A stretch of 64,000 nucleotides of DNA from an uncultured delta proteobacterium (GCA_963785235.1 CAWAUM010000001.1:320001-384000); one strand, 5' to 3'. Positions 44,592 to 55,597 are shown, numbered from the stretch's first letter. The notes: generated by a model not told the origin, from the letters alone. A program made the numbers and translations.

Positions 44592-47352
44592 TCATGGTGT
44601 TTTTCCTTTCTTTCGCCGGGACCGGGTTGCTCCGGTAACCGGTTTATCTTGTCCGTGTTTTTGCGTCTGGAACCGCTTTTCCGACCGCTCCAGTTCTTCC
44701 TTCTGTTCTCCGATCCGATTTTCCATGGCGGACTGGGTTGTGCGCAACTCGGCCTCCAGTTTTTTGGAAACGGTGACATCCGTAAAGGTGATCACCACGC
44801 CGTCAATCCGGTTGTCCAGGGTGCGGTAGGGGATGATGCGCACCATGAACCAGCGGCCGTCGCTGGCAGCGACCGGCTTCTGGATGGAGATCAGGGTCCG
44901 CAGGACTTCCTGCGCATCATCGGCCAGTCCGGGATAGACCATATTCGAGGCGATGTCGGTGATGGGCCTGCCCATATCGCCGGGGATCAGCTTGATGATC
45001 TGGGACGTCTTGGTGGTGAAACGCCGCACATTGAGCGACGCATCCAGAAACAAAATGGCAATGTCCGTGCTGTCGAGGAGGTTTTTCATGTCGTTTGCGG
45101 TCCGGGAAAGCTCGTCCACCTTGGACTGCAACTCATTATTGACCGTCTGCAGCTCCTCGTTCATGGACTGCATCTCTTCCTTGGAGGTGGTCAGCTCCTC
45201 ATTGGTGCTCTGCAATTCCTCATTGGTGGACTGCATTTCCTCGTTGCTGGATTTGAGTTCTTCCTGGGAGGTCTGCATCTCTTCACGGGTGATATGCAGC
45301 TCATTGCGTGCCCGTTCAAGTTCCCGCTCCAGAGTCGCCGACCGGGCGCTGTGGCCGGTATCCTTTTTGCCCGGACCCGCCTTTTCGGCGGGCTTGGCCG
45401 CTTCTTTAAAGACAATCATGACCATGCCCCGCAGGGTCTCCGGTTCAGCAATGGATTGGAGCGAGACGTCCACTTCCTGAACCCCTGCCTCGTTTTTCAC
45501 CTGCAGGCCCTTGAGAATGACAGGGTCCTTCTGTCGGTACGCCTTGTAGAAGGCAACCAACAGCTCGGAGTGCAGTCCTTCGCGGGCCATGGCAAAGATG
45601 TTCAAGTTGGCCTTGCCGGCCGCCGGTTCCAGGTACTTGCCGGTTCGCCCGTTGATGTAGATGATGTCGCCCTTGTCGTTCGTCAGTACGGCCGCCGGTG
45701 CATAGTGCGTGAGGAGCAGTTGATCCGCCAGCGTCTGGAGGTTGAGGACAGGCTTGTGCTCAACGGGAAAGACGGGTGTCTCCTGCAAGGCGGGGAAAAA
45801 GGAGACGGGAAACTCAACAGGCCCGGCACTCAGTGGGTTGAATGATCTTCCTGTAGAGCCTTGTCTTGGCGTCCAGCGGGGCGAAAAGATCGGTAAAGGT
45901 GCCGATGGTCTCCGCGCTCCCCAGAAACAGTACACCGCCTTTATTCAGAGAGTAGTGAAACATGGGGAAGAGCTTTTTCTGGATTTCCGGCTCCAGATAG
46001 ATGAGGAGGTTCCGGCAGATCAGGATGTCGAGCTTGGTAAAGGGTGGGTCCATGATGACGTTCTGCGTGGCGAAGATCACCATTTCCCGGATCTCCTTTT
46101 TCACCCGGTAGCCCCGCTCTTCCTGGCGGGTGAAGAAACGTTGCAGGCGCTCCTTGGAGACGTCGGCGGTAATGTTGACCGGATAGGCTCCCGAGCGGGC
46201 CTTGTCGATGGCTTCCTTGTCCAGGTCGGTGGCAAAAACATGCAGCGAAAAGCTGCCGGAGGGCTTTATCTTTTCCAGTGCCTCATTGAAGACAATGGCC
46301 AGGGAATAAGCCTCCTCCCCGGTGGAGCAACCGGGCGTCCAGGCACGGATTACCCCACCGGCCGGCCTGGCCTTGAGAAGCGCCGGGATGATTTCGTCCC
46401 GTAATTGCGCCCAAGCCGCTTCATCGCGGAAGAAACTGGTGACGCCGATCAGGAGCTCCTTAAAGAGCAGTTCAACTTCCTGGGGGTTCTCCTGAAGATA
46501 TCTGACATAGTTCGCGATGCGGTCAATCTGGTGGATACTCATGCGCCGCTCGATCCGGCGGTAGACACTGCTTTTCTTGTACAGGGAAAAGTCATGGCCG
46601 GTCTTTGTTCGAAGCAAGATAAAGACCTTTGCCAGGGAACTCTGTGCCTTGTCCTCAAGGGAACGCTCAGGACGGATGATAAGGGGGGCGTGCTTGAGAT
46701 AGGTCATGATACTGCCGGGCAGATCCTCCACCTTTGCGACGATGTCGGCCAGTCCCGCGTCAATGGCGCTCCGGGGCATGCCGTCGAACTTGGCCGAGGT
46801 GGGCGCCTGGACAAAGGCCACTCCGGCCTTTTCTTTCATGGCCCTCAAGCCCAGCGTGCCGTCGGAGCCCATGCCCGAAAGAATGACACCGATGCTTTTA
46901 TCCTGCAGGTCATCCGCCAAGGAACGGAAAAAGGAATCAATGGGCAGGCGAAGCCCCCGGGGCACCATTGGATCGAGCAGGTGCAGGACCCTGTGCAGGA
47001 TGGACAGATCGCGGTTGGGAGGGATTACATAGACACAATCCGGCTCCACTTTCATCCGGTCCCTGATCTGGACTACCGGCATGGGGGTGGAGCGTTGGAG
47101 CAACTCCACCATGATTCCCTTGTGGGTCGGGTCCAGGTGCTGGACCACTACAAAGGCCATGCCGCTCTTTTCCGGCACGTTTTTCAGGAAAAGATCCAGG
47201 GCCTCCAGCCCGCCGGCAGATGCTCCGATGCCCACGATGGGGAAGGCTTGATCGGCAGTTCGCAGCTCAATTTTTTCCGGGGCCGCTGTATCCTTCGGGA
47301 CAGCTGTGCCGGACTTGATTTTTCTGCCTGTGGGCTTCACGTGTTTTTTCAT
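44592..47352 (-). CDS. CheB methylesterase-CheR methyltransferase-coiled coil-PAS fusion, frameshifted near 45850
   Basis: GASAGG, QHLDP, LSGMGSDG (CheB); TSFFRD, GCSTGEEAYS, CRNLLIY (CheR); EELQSTNEEL heptads; PAS domain. Confidence 0.92.
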
Positions 47353-47446
47353 CGTTTCATGCCATCCTTCGTTATATAACTTTATATAACCTTCTCTTGG
47401 TACAGTGATCTCGATAATATATTAATAGCGTTAATGAAATATATGC

Positions 47447-47476
47447 AAGAGACATCTTGGGAAGAGACATCTTGGG
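47447..47476 (+). repeat. 15-bp perfect tandem duplication
   Basis: AAGAGACATCTTGGG twice, in the intergenic region. Confidence 0.9.
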
Positions 47477-47530
47477 AAATATATCTGCCTGAGATTACAT
47501 CCACCTCATCTGATTATCGTAATGATAACG

Positions 47531-49303
47531 CTAACCCTGCTTATCAGGAAAGCTCAGTACCCGCTCCAGTTCTTTTCTCAATTGCTGGTACCTGTAGGGC
47601 TTCTGGATGAAACCGGCCAGACCCTTGCCGGTAAAACGCTCAGCGACCTCCTTCTTGCTGTAACCGCTTGAGAGAATAATCTTTACATCAGGGCGTATCT
47701 GTTTCAGGGCCTTGAATGTTGCAATTCCATCCATCCGGGGCATGGTCAGGTCAAGGATTACGCAGTCAATCTCATCGGCATGCTTCTGGAAGGCTTCAAC
47801 GGCTTCCTTTCCATCTAGAGCCGTCCGTACTGTGTAACCCGAACGGGTCACCATCTCCTTGCTGAAGTTTATCATTTCGTCCTGGTCATCCACAATGAGT
47901 ATTGTCCCTCTGACGGATAAAGGCCCCGGGGGGGCCGGCAGCATTATCCCCGTCGATTCCGGTTTCACTGATTCGGGTAGTGCCGCTTCGGATACAGGAA
48001 AGATTGTACGAACCGTTGTTCCCTTGTTCACCCTGCTGTCAACAAAGATGGCCCCTTTATGGCCCCGGATGATACCATAAACCGCTGACATGCCCAATCC
48101 CCGACCGGCAAATTTTGTGGTGAAAAAGGGTTCGAAGATTCGATTCAGTGCTTCCTCTTCCATCCCGCAGCCCGTATCGGCGACGTCGAGATAAACGAAC
48201 CTGCCCGGAGAGGGCTTTTCATCGATGCGGCTTTTCAGGAGATCGGTCTCTGTATAGAACTCAGTACCTGTTGAGATGGTTATAGTCCCGGGTGTTTCAC
48301 CCAGTGCTTCGGCAGCGTTGGTAATGAGGTTTATAACGACCTGCTGCAGCTGGCTTGCATCTGCCAGAATAAGAGGCACGTCAAGTTTCACAGGAAGGTT
48401 CAGGTTTGTTGTCTGAGGAATGGCCGCAATGAGGAGGTCGATGTTCTCCTGTAAGAGGATGCCGAGATTCACAATTTCCGGGGTGAACCCACCCTGCCCG
48501 GTGTAGGCAAGCATCTGCCTGACCAGATGGGCCGCACGCTCGGATGCCTGGACCGCTTTTTCAATGCGCGCCCTTGTGGATGAGTCTGGAGAGGGTTTGT
48601 CAAGTGCCAGCTCCAGGTTCCCCAGGATAACGGCCAGAAGGTTATTGAAATCGTGGGCGATGCCTCCTGAAAGGGTGATCATGCTCTCCAGTTTCTGCAG
48701 ATGGAGAAGACGGCGTTCCAATTCCAACCTTACCTGCTCCACCATCTTTTCCTCGGAGATATCGCTCATCACGACCTTGTACGCGATGGATTCGCTCTCT
48801 CCTGTCTGAACAGTGGTAGCCTCCACCCGCACCCAGAACATGGAGCCCTCCCGGCGAATCATCCTCAGTTCGAATGTCTGCGGCGTGCCCATTCCCATGA
48901 GCTGTTTGCGATTCATGTAATAGATGTCCTGGTCCTCTCTGAAGATAAAGCGGGTGATGGGCTTGTTAACCAGAGCGCTCCGATCTGCCCCGAGCAACTT
49001 TGAGGCAGTCAGGTTCGCCTCCAGGATCATCCCTTTCTCATTCAGGGTAAGATACCCCACCGGGGCGAGGTCAAAGAGGTCGAAATACTTGGCACGGGAG
49101 ATCTCCAGCTCCACCTGCATCCGTCGCAGTTCTTCGTTCTGCATCTCCAGCTCGATCTGGTGCACCTGTAATTCGTGGAGCAGGCCCTGGGAATGTTCCG
49201 GAGAGATGCCATCCTGGCCGGCAGAGGGATTCTTCAGTCGTTTTTCTGCTCGCTGGCGCAGATCCTCAGCGTGCCTTTTGATTCTATCATCTCCGGCCAT
49301 CAC
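47531..49303 (-). CDS. Hybrid PAS histidine kinase/receiver
   Basis: GGIAHDFNNLL, NLITNA, DTGCGM, FEPFFTTK, GRGLG, C-terminal receiver domain. Confidence 0.95.
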   Translation of the reverse strand: MMAGDDRIKRHAEDLRQRAEKRLKNPSAGQDGISPEHSQGLLHELQVHQIELEMQNEELRRMQVELEISRAKYFDLFDLAPVGYLTLNEKGMILEANLTASKLLGADRSALVNKPITRFIFREDQDIYYMNRKQLMGMGTPQTFELRMIRREGSMFWVRVEATTVQTGESESIAYKVVMSDISEEKMVEQVRLELERRLLHLQKLESMITLSGGIAHDFNNLLAVILGNLELALDKPSPDSSTRARIEKAVQASERAAHLVRQMLAYTGQGGFTPEIVNLGILLQENIDLLIAAIPQTTNLNLPVKLDVPLILADASQLQQVVINLITNAAEALGETPGTITISTGTEFYTETDLLKSRIDEKPSPGRFVYLDVADTGCGMEEEALNRIFEPFFTTKFAGRGLGMSAVYGIIRGHKGAIFVDSRVNKGTTVRTIFPVSEAALPESVKPESTGIMLPAPPGPLSVRGTILIVDDQDEMINFSKEMVTRSGYTVRTALDGKEAVEAFQKHADEIDCVILDLTMPRMDGIATFKALKQIRPDVKIILSSGYSKKEVAERFTGKGLAGFIQKPYRYQQLRKELERVLSFPDKQG

Positions 49304-49504
49304 TCACCTCCCGGGTAGTGCAAAGGTAAGAGCAAATGGCCTGCCATTCATCGATGGAAGATCATGCGGTTGGAATCGCCATTTAATAAAATGGGGTTAG
49401 ATGAACAGGGGTGAACAACGGGAAAGTATGAAATGATCCGATTAGCCTCAATATTTGGTGGTGCCTCAATATGCTGAGGGATACGTTGAAGGGAGGTGGA
49501 CAGT

Positions 49505-51166
49505 CTAATTTGAGTATTTTCTCTTCGGTCGGACTATCCCGAGCTTATGCATCCTCGCCCGTAAGGTACTCGGGTGCATGCCCAGGATCGCCGCGGCCTT
49601 GTCCTTTCCCTCGATTCGCCACCTCGTTTCAGAAAGGATTTTAAGAATATGGTTTCGCTCCACCTCTTCTAAGGTCCTCAACGTGGATGAACGTGTGGTG
49701 GATGAAATATCCAGCTTGTCCGTCAGTTGCAGAACCGGCCCGGGGCACAAGATCACGGCCCGTTCAATGATGCTTTCCAGCTCCCGGACGTTCCCTGGCC
49801 ATGGGTATTCCTGCAATGCCTTCATCGTTTCCTTCTGGATGGACGTGATCTGTTTGCCCAATTTCCTGGCATACCTCTCTACGAAGGCTTGGACCATGGG
49901 CGGGATATCTTCTTTGCGGTGCCTAAGTGGCGGGATCGAGATGGAAAAGACGTTGAGCCGGTAGTAAAGGTCCTGCCGGAACCGACCCTTGCGGATCTCT
50001 TCCTCAAGGTCTCGATTGGTCGTTGCAATGATCCGCACATCGACCTTGATGGTATGGGACGAGCCCAGGCGCTCAAACTCGTTATGCTGAATCACCCGGA
50101 GCAGCTTTGACTGCAACTCAAGGGGCAGCTCCCCGATCTCGTCCAGGCAAATGGTGGAGCCATTGGCCACCTCGAACCGGCCTACCCGCCGGGCATCGGC
50201 CCCGGTAAATGCCCCCTTCTCCCGGCCGAACAATTCGCTCTCTATTAAATTGGCCGGCAGGGCGGCACAGTTGACCGTTATCAATGGCCGTTCCTTGCGG
50301 GGACTCATGTTATGGATGGCGGCAGCGATCAGCTCTTTTCCCGTACCGGTTTCACCAAGGATGAGGATCGTTGTGTTGGCAGGGGCAACTTGTTCCGCCC
50401 GGTAGAGAACATACTTGAGCCCGTCGCTTTTCCCGATAATATTCTCAAATTGATGCTTCTTTTTATTCTCGTTGCGGAAGTAAATGTTCTCGGCCTCGAG
50501 CTGTTCTTTCAATGTGTTGATTTCAGAAAGGGCTGTCCTGAGTTCAATTGTCCGCTCCTCTACACGTTGTTCCAGTTCGTTGTGAGCTTCTTGTAAAGCC
50601 TCTCCTAAACGTTTCTGTATGGAGATATCGCTCATGACAACCTTGTACATGAACAAACCGCTGTCACTTGAGAGTTTGGCGCTCGTCTCCATGAGTATCC
50701 AGAGGGTGGAACCGTCTTGGCGCATCATCCTCAATTCGAACGTCTGCGGCATGCCCGTTTCGAGAAGTAGCTTGTTCTGCAGGCAGTAACCGGCCTGGTC
50801 CTCACTGATGATAAATCGTATAAGGGGCTGTTTGACCAGAGAACTTCGTTCTATCCCGAGTAACCGTGAGGCTGTCAGGTTCGCCTCCAGGATGAGCCCT
50901 TTCTCATCCAGGGTAAGATACCCCACCGGGGCGAGGTCAAAGAGGTCAAAATACTTGGTCCGGGAGATTTCCAGCTCCTCCTGCGACCGGTGCAGTTCTT
51001 TGTTCTGCATTTCCAGCTCGATCTGGTGCACCTCTAGTTCGTGGAGCAGGCGCTGGGTTTTTTCCAGTGAGATGTCGCCCTGGCCGGCAGGGCGATCCTT
51101 CAATTCTGCCTCTGCGCGACTGCGCAGGTTTGTTGAGCTAGTCTTTATTGCATCTTTTTTAGTCAT
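49505..51166 (-). CDS. PAS-domain sigma54-dependent activator (FhlA/NtrC-type)
   Basis: [29 protein letters not shown], Fis-type HTH. Confidence 0.95.
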   Translation of the reverse strand: MTKKDAIKTSSTNLRSRAEAELKDRPAGQGDISLEKTQRLLHELEVHQIELEMQNKELHRSQEELEISRTKYFDLFDLAPVGYLTLDEKGLILEANLTASRLLGIERSSLVKQPLIRFIISEDQAGYCLQNKLLLETGMPQTFELRMMRQDGSTLWILMETSAKLSSDSGLFMYKVVMSDISIQKRLGEALQEAHNELEQRVEERTIELRTALSEINTLKEQLEAENIYFRNENKKKHQFENIIGKSDGLKYVLYRAEQVAPANTTILILGETGTGKELIAAAIHNMSPRKERPLITVNCAALPANLIESELFGREKGAFTGADARRVGRFEVANGSTICLDEIGELPLELQSKLLRVIQHNEFERLGSSHTIKVDVRIIATTNRDLEEEIRKGRFRQDLYYRLNVFSISIPPLRHRKEDIPPMVQAFVERYARKLGKQITSIQKETMKALQEYPWPGNVRELESIIERAVILCPGPVLQLTDKLDISSTTRSSTLRTLEEVERNHILKILSETRWRIEGKDKAAAILGMHPSTLRARMHKLGIVRPKRKYSN

Positions 51167-51384
51167 TACTAATCTCTAAGATGGTAGTGTTTACAAATAC
51201 CTATTATAGAATATCGCTGGATTACATGCAATGGCAGCTCTTGTGATCATAACTTTCAGATACCAGAATTAGTATATAAAAGAACTGAATAATCTTCGAT
51301 ACATATTTTCTATTTAGTAACCAGGACTGCATGAATGGATTGTAGGTTACGTCGTGAAGATTTTTTAGGACAATACCTGCGAAA

Positions 51385-51412
51385 GGCCGGCCTAGACGTA
51401 TCTGGGCCGGCC
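51385..51412 (-). terminator. GC-rich hairpin, possible terminator after the patatin gene
   Basis: GGCCGGCCTAGA-CGTA-TCTGGGCCGGCC; short U tract on the minus strand. Confidence 0.4.
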
Positions 51413-51542
51413 CTCAATAAGGGGTAGGAAAGTCTGACTATAGTAGGACTGAGTCTGGTCAAGTCAAGGCCCTGTCTTTTGTCCCGACTCTTTGATATTG
51501 TCCCCACGCGAGTAAGTTGATGGCCTCATGGACGGGTAGTCC

Positions 51543-52952
51543 TTATAGCCCTTCCATAAGCCTTTGAAAATCCCCCGAATCTTCGAGTATCTCGGGTCCT
51601 ATTGTGCGCAAATCGTCAACCTCTTTCTTTTTCAGGCTGAAGGCCGTTGGCATGTTCAGGAAGTATTCCCGCTTTTTGTGATCCTTGATCTGATCAAAAC
51701 CGATATAAATCCCATAGGTATCCACAGGCTCCGGCGGTTTGGCCGGCATACTGGTCCCAGGGCAGTTTTTATCAAGAACATCCCTGCAGTCATCGTAGTT
51801 CTGAGAGTCTCTGCGCCATTCATCGAAGGTGTTAAAGAGCTCCTGCACGGTTTCGAACGAGTAGTTGCTCATGGGCACGGATGCGATAGTATCTACTATC
51901 GCGAACAGCCCAGGGCTGCGCGGTGTCTTGTCAATCTGTGTCTTGGGCTCTGTGCGCGCATCAACGACAATGACCACGATCTTTTTGATTTTTCCCTGGT
52001 TCATTTTATTCGGCAGGTTCCACGCCAGGTCGTTCGATCCCAGGGCCACAAATACGCTGCGAAGTCCGATGTTGTCTGCCACCCCGCCGTCGAGCAGGTG
52101 GATGTATGTGCGCTCATCCTTATTCAGATAGGAGCGTGCAATGCGCGCGCGGTTGAAGCGCGGCGGGTTGTCGAGCAGATCCTTTGACGCCTCCTCCATC
52201 CAGGACGGTTCCTGATAACCGCACGTACCGGCATAATTGTTTACTATCATGGGGGTGAACGCGATGGGGAAGTTCGATGACGCCGCAACGGCACGTGCCA
52301 CGTGAACGCCGTTCAAGTCCGAGCACAGCAGGTCGAACTGATCCTGGGTGAAGGTGAACGGCGAGCCGAAAGTCATATCCGTGGCATTGATCATGATGAA
52401 GGGCCGGCGGGACCGGCTGGTCAGGTCGCCGAAGTCCTTCTGCCGGAAGATCTCCTGGTCATAGATCTCCTCGGCAAGGTCGATCCGGCCGAAGTAGGGA
52501 GAGGCAAGCCGGAACCAGTTTATGGGGTTGAACATGGAGACTATGAGGTCCGACTGGATGTTCCGGTACAAGAACACCTTCTGATATTTTTCCGGATCAA
52601 ACAGCTCGTCACCGAACAGGCCGTAGTAGGCTGCAGTGAAGCTTCCCCCGGAGATGCTGGAGATGACATCCACCTCATCGAGAAGACGTCTCTCCTTGCC
52701 TTCCCACCGGATCTTCGTATCACGCAGTTTCTCCAGCACGCCGTAAGAAAGCGCTGCGGCCCTTGTCCCTCCCCCGGAGAAGGTCAGGATGACGAAGAGG
52801 CTGTCGGAAATTTCCCGTGTGGCGAGGTTCTCAAAGCGGTATCCGGCCTGCGGGTCGTATTGGGCAAGGGGAGGGTTGACCGGATACGTGGCGCAGCCTG
52901 TCAGGATAAGGATGATGACTGCGGCCAGGGCCGTTTGGAGACGGGTTTTCAT
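51543..52952 (-). CDS. Patatin-like phospholipase lipoprotein
   Basis: Lipobox LTGC, SGGGTRA, SISGGS, DGG. Confidence 0.9.
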   Translation of the reverse strand: MKTRLQTALAAVIILILTGCATYPVNPPLAQYDPQAGYRFENLATREISDSLFVILTFSGGGTRAAALSYGVLEKLRDTKIRWEGKERRLLDEVDVISSISGGSFTAAYYGLFGDELFDPEKYQKVFLYRNIQSDLIVSMFNPINWFRLASPYFGRIDLAEEIYDQEIFRQKDFGDLTSRSRRPFIMINATDMTFGSPFTFTQDQFDLLCSDLNGVHVARAVAASSNFPIAFTPMIVNNYAGTCGYQEPSWMEEASKDLLDNPPRFNRARIARSYLNKDERTYIHLLDGGVADNIGLRSVFVALGSNDLAWNLPNKMNQGKIKKIVVIVVDARTEPKTQIDKTPRSPGLFAIVDTIASVPMSNYSFETVQELFNTFDEWRRDSQNYDDCRDVLDKNCPGTSMPAKPPEPVDTYGIYIGFDQIKDHKKREYFLNMPTAFSLKKKEVDDLRTIGPEILEDSGDFQRLMEGL

Positions 52953-53182
52953 CGATCACCTCCCAAGGGCCGGAAATCTTCGATGCGCATAGGTTTGATG
53001 GAAGTCGTATTCCGGATACTTTTCTCGATGGATGCGGGCTGATAATCCTGCGGGTCTCCCAGGTCGAACGTATGGTGTCCCCGTTCCACCCTGAGCGTAT
53101 CGTTGGTCTTTCCCGCAATCTGCCCATCGATACGAACATCCCGGGCCGTGGGATAGGAAACCACTACATATTCCATTCTCAT
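52949..53182 (-). CDS. Small PEGA-like beta protein
   Basis: GGAGGAG RBS; VRIDGQIAGKTN..L.V..G.H pattern; overlaps the patatin start. Confidence 0.6.
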   Translation of the reverse strand: MRMEYVVVSYPTARDVRIDGQIAGKTNDTLRVERGHHTFDLGDPQDYQPASIEKSIRNTTSIKPMRIEDFRPLGGDR

Positions 53183-53517
53183 GATTCTCCTCCTCCATTA
53201 CAAGGGTGCTGCCAATAAACCTCGATGTCAACTAATTACAGTCTACATTATAGGGCGAAGTCAATCAAGGTCTTAAAAAAAGGTCAACCCTCAGTAGCTC
53301 CTAGTTTTGTTAATGCCAGCATAAATCCTTCGACATCCGGGGCCGGTGCTTAATATGAACCCGTCCCCAGTTTCTCCAGTTTCCGCAAATCAGCGTATCG
53401 CCCCATTTATTGCCAATAAAATGACACATCGCAAATAAACCTGTTGATAATACGACGGTTATCCGGGTACCAAGCTATAACATAATGATTTTATGAATTA
53501 ATAAACACTGCCAATTC

Positions 53518-53533
53518 TGGCACCATTCGTGCA
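53518..53533 (+). promoter_or_regulatory. Putative sigma54 promoter
   Basis: TGGCACCATTCGTGCA (GG-N10-GC) after an AT-rich tract, about 105 bp before the receiver gene. Confidence 0.55.
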
Positions 53534-53639
53534 ATTCCGATGGCATGGGAAATAAGTTACTTGGGGGCCTGCTCACAAGTGATGCATGCAATGAAGGCCG
53601 AGATCAGGGATAGATCAATGACATAAGGGAGTTAAGGGC

Positions 53640-54038
53640 ATGAAGAGAATACTGCTTGTGGAAGATGATGAGCATATCCAATTCCTCATCAGGGAAGAAC
53701 TAATGGAAAACGGCTATGAGGTCGCCATAGCATCCGACGGGGTTGAGGCCATGAAGATGCTCCAGGCCGAAGGGGCGTTAAGCCCAGACCTTATCATTCT
53801 GGACATTCGCATGCCCAAGATGGACGGGTTCGAGACCATGGGACACATCCTGAAGTCCAAGATCGACTCTCCCATTATCATCCACTCGGCATACTCGGGC
53901 TACAAGAACCACCCGCTCACCATGGCCGCAGATGCCTATGTGGTCAAGTCGCATAATTTTACCCAGCTCAATGAGACCATAAGCGGTCTGCTGGGGATGA
54001 AAGATCCCATTGCCGTTGTGGCAGGAACTGCTGCATAG
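53640..54038 (+). CDS. Single-domain response regulator
   Basis: LLVEDD, PDLIILDIRMPKMDG, YVVK. Confidence 0.92.
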   Translation: MKRILLVEDDEHIQFLIREELMENGYEVAIASDGVEAMKMLQAEGALSPDLIILDIRMPKMDGFETMGHILKSKIDSPIIIHSAYSGYKNHPLTMAADAYVVKSHNFTQLNETISGLLGMKDPIAVVAGTAA

Positions 54039-54124
54039 TAACCGGGTTCTTTTTTTAAGACCTTTTCCTTCTTGAACATCGCGTGCAAGAGGTGCATGCT
54101 TAAGGTCCAAGGAGGTGGGTCAGT

Positions 54125-55597
54125 ATGAAGCGCCAATCTCTTCTGCGTTCCCTCATCTTCCTGGTCGTCTGCATCCTGGCAGCATCGGATTACACCCAGG
54201 CATACGCTTATTCGGTCCGCAAGGCAGCCTATGCAGGCAGGTTCTACCCGGCATCGAGCGAAGAGCTCACAAAGACCATTGCACAGTTCACCCGGGCTGC
54301 CCAGTCGTCCCCGGTCAGGTTTCCCAAAGACAAACAGCTCAGGGCCCTCATACTCCCCCACGCAGGGTATGTCTATTCGGGGCAGACAGCCGCTTATTCG
54401 GCACCGGTCCTTTCAGGCAGGCATTTTTCCAAGGTGATTGTCATGGGTCCGGACCACAGGGTCGGCTTCCCCGGCGCATCCGTGAGCACTGCCGACGCGT
54501 ATGAGACCCCGCTCGGCACCATCAGGCTCTCCGAAGATGCCTCACGGCTCAGAAAGACCGGCTGGCCGTTCACCTGCAATGCCGCATCCGATGAGGCCGA
54601 GCATTCCGTGGAGGTGGTCCTGCCGTTTCTCCAGACCTATATCAAGGAATTCTCACTAATCCCCGTGGTCATGGGCCCGGGTGATATCAATGTATATGTA
54701 AAGGCCTTTCTGCCCCTCGTGGATGACAACACCCTGCTGGTGGCAAGCTCCGACCTTTCGCACTACCTGCCCCAGGATGCTGCAAAGGTGAGGGACACTT
54801 CTACCATCGACATGATACGGCAGCTCAAGGGCGAGGGACTCACATCTGAGAGCAACAGGGCATGCGGTGCCATACCCATACGGGTGATCCTGGAGTTTGC
54901 CCGCAAAAACAAGTGGGAACCTGTTCTGCTTCATTATGCAACGAGCGGCGATGCGGTCGGTGAGTATGGCAGGGTGGTGGGGTATGCAGCAATCGCCTTT
55001 TTTGGAGGACAAGCCATGGACAAGCACTTTACCAAGGAACAGGGCATGGCCCTGGTGGCACTTGCACGCAGGACCATACAGGAGAACCTGGGTGAGCAGG
55101 CCCCGGCAAACCCGAAGCTTGCCGAGGCCCTTGCTGATGAGGCGCTCAAGGTCAAGGCCGGGACCTTTGTGACGCTGACCATGAAAGGCCAGCTCAGGGG
55201 GTGCATCGGCAGCCTTGAGGCCAGGGAACCCCTGGTGGAAGGCGTCAAGCACAATGCCCTCAATGCTGCCTTCAGGGACCCGCGGTTTTCAGCCCTGACA
55301 AAAAAGGAGCTGGCGAACGTCCATGTGGAGGTGAGCATCCTCACCGAGGCGAAACCCCTGGCCTATACCGATTCCAAAGACCTGCTGAAAAAGCTCAGGC
55401 CGGGCGTCGACGGGCTTATCATCAGACAGGGTTTAGCCGGGGCCACCTTCCTGCCCCAGGTGTGGGAGCAGCTCCCGGACAAGGAGGAGTTCCTGGCCCA
55501 TTTGTGCATGAAGGCGGGCTTGAGCCCTGATGAATGGAAGAAAGGCAAACTCGAGGTCCAGACCTACCAGGTTCAGTATTTTGAAGAGGGGAAATAA
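54125..55597 (+). CDS. AmmeMemoRadiSam protein B (MEMO1) fused to protein A (AMMECR1), with N-terminal signal peptide
   Basis: AGRFYP, PHAGY, GPDH, EHSVE, SSDLSHY, CG, VVGY (MEMO1); GTFVTL..LRGCIG, DPRF, FLPQVWEQ, CMKAG (AMMECR1). Confidence 0.93.
   Translation: MKRQSLLRSLIFLVVCILAASDYTQAYAYSVRKAAYAGRFYPASSEELTKTIAQFTRAAQSSPVRFPKDKQLRALILPHAGYVYSGQTAAYSAPVLSGRHFSKVIVMGPDHRVGFPGASVSTADAYETPLGTIRLSEDASRLRKTGWPFTCNAASDEAEHSVEVVLPFLQTYIKEFSLIPVVMGPGDINVYVKAFLPLVDDNTLLVASSDLSHYLPQDAAKVRDTSTIDMIRQLKGEGLTSESNRACGAIPIRVILEFARKNKWEPVLLHYATSGDAVGEYGRVVGYAAIAFFGGQAMDKHFTKEQGMALVALARRTIQENLGEQAPANPKLAEALADEALKVKAGTFVTLTMKGQLRGCIGSLEAREPLVEGVKHNALNAAFRDPRFSALTKKELANVHVEVSILTEAKPLAYTDSKDLLKKLRPGVDGLIIRQGLAGATFLPQVWEQLPDKEEFLAHLCMKAGLSPDEWKKGKLEVQTYQVQYFEEGK

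Noticed and set aside
45130-45290. 21-bp periodic repeats resembling a short array
   Set aside because: They encode the EELQSTN heptads of the CheBR coiled coil. There are no unique spacers and no cas genes, so this is not CRISPR.
42149-46404. Long antisense ORFs (e.g. 42149-43336, 44583-45845; also 24007-25089 and 62202-63353)
   Set aside because: Shadow frames of well-supported genes in GC-rich coding DNA, with no recognisable motifs.
47447-47476. 15-bp tandem duplication as a mini-CRISPR or target-site duplication
   Set aside because: Two adjacent copies with no spacer or element between them; slippage or an excision scar cannot be distinguished from sequence alone.
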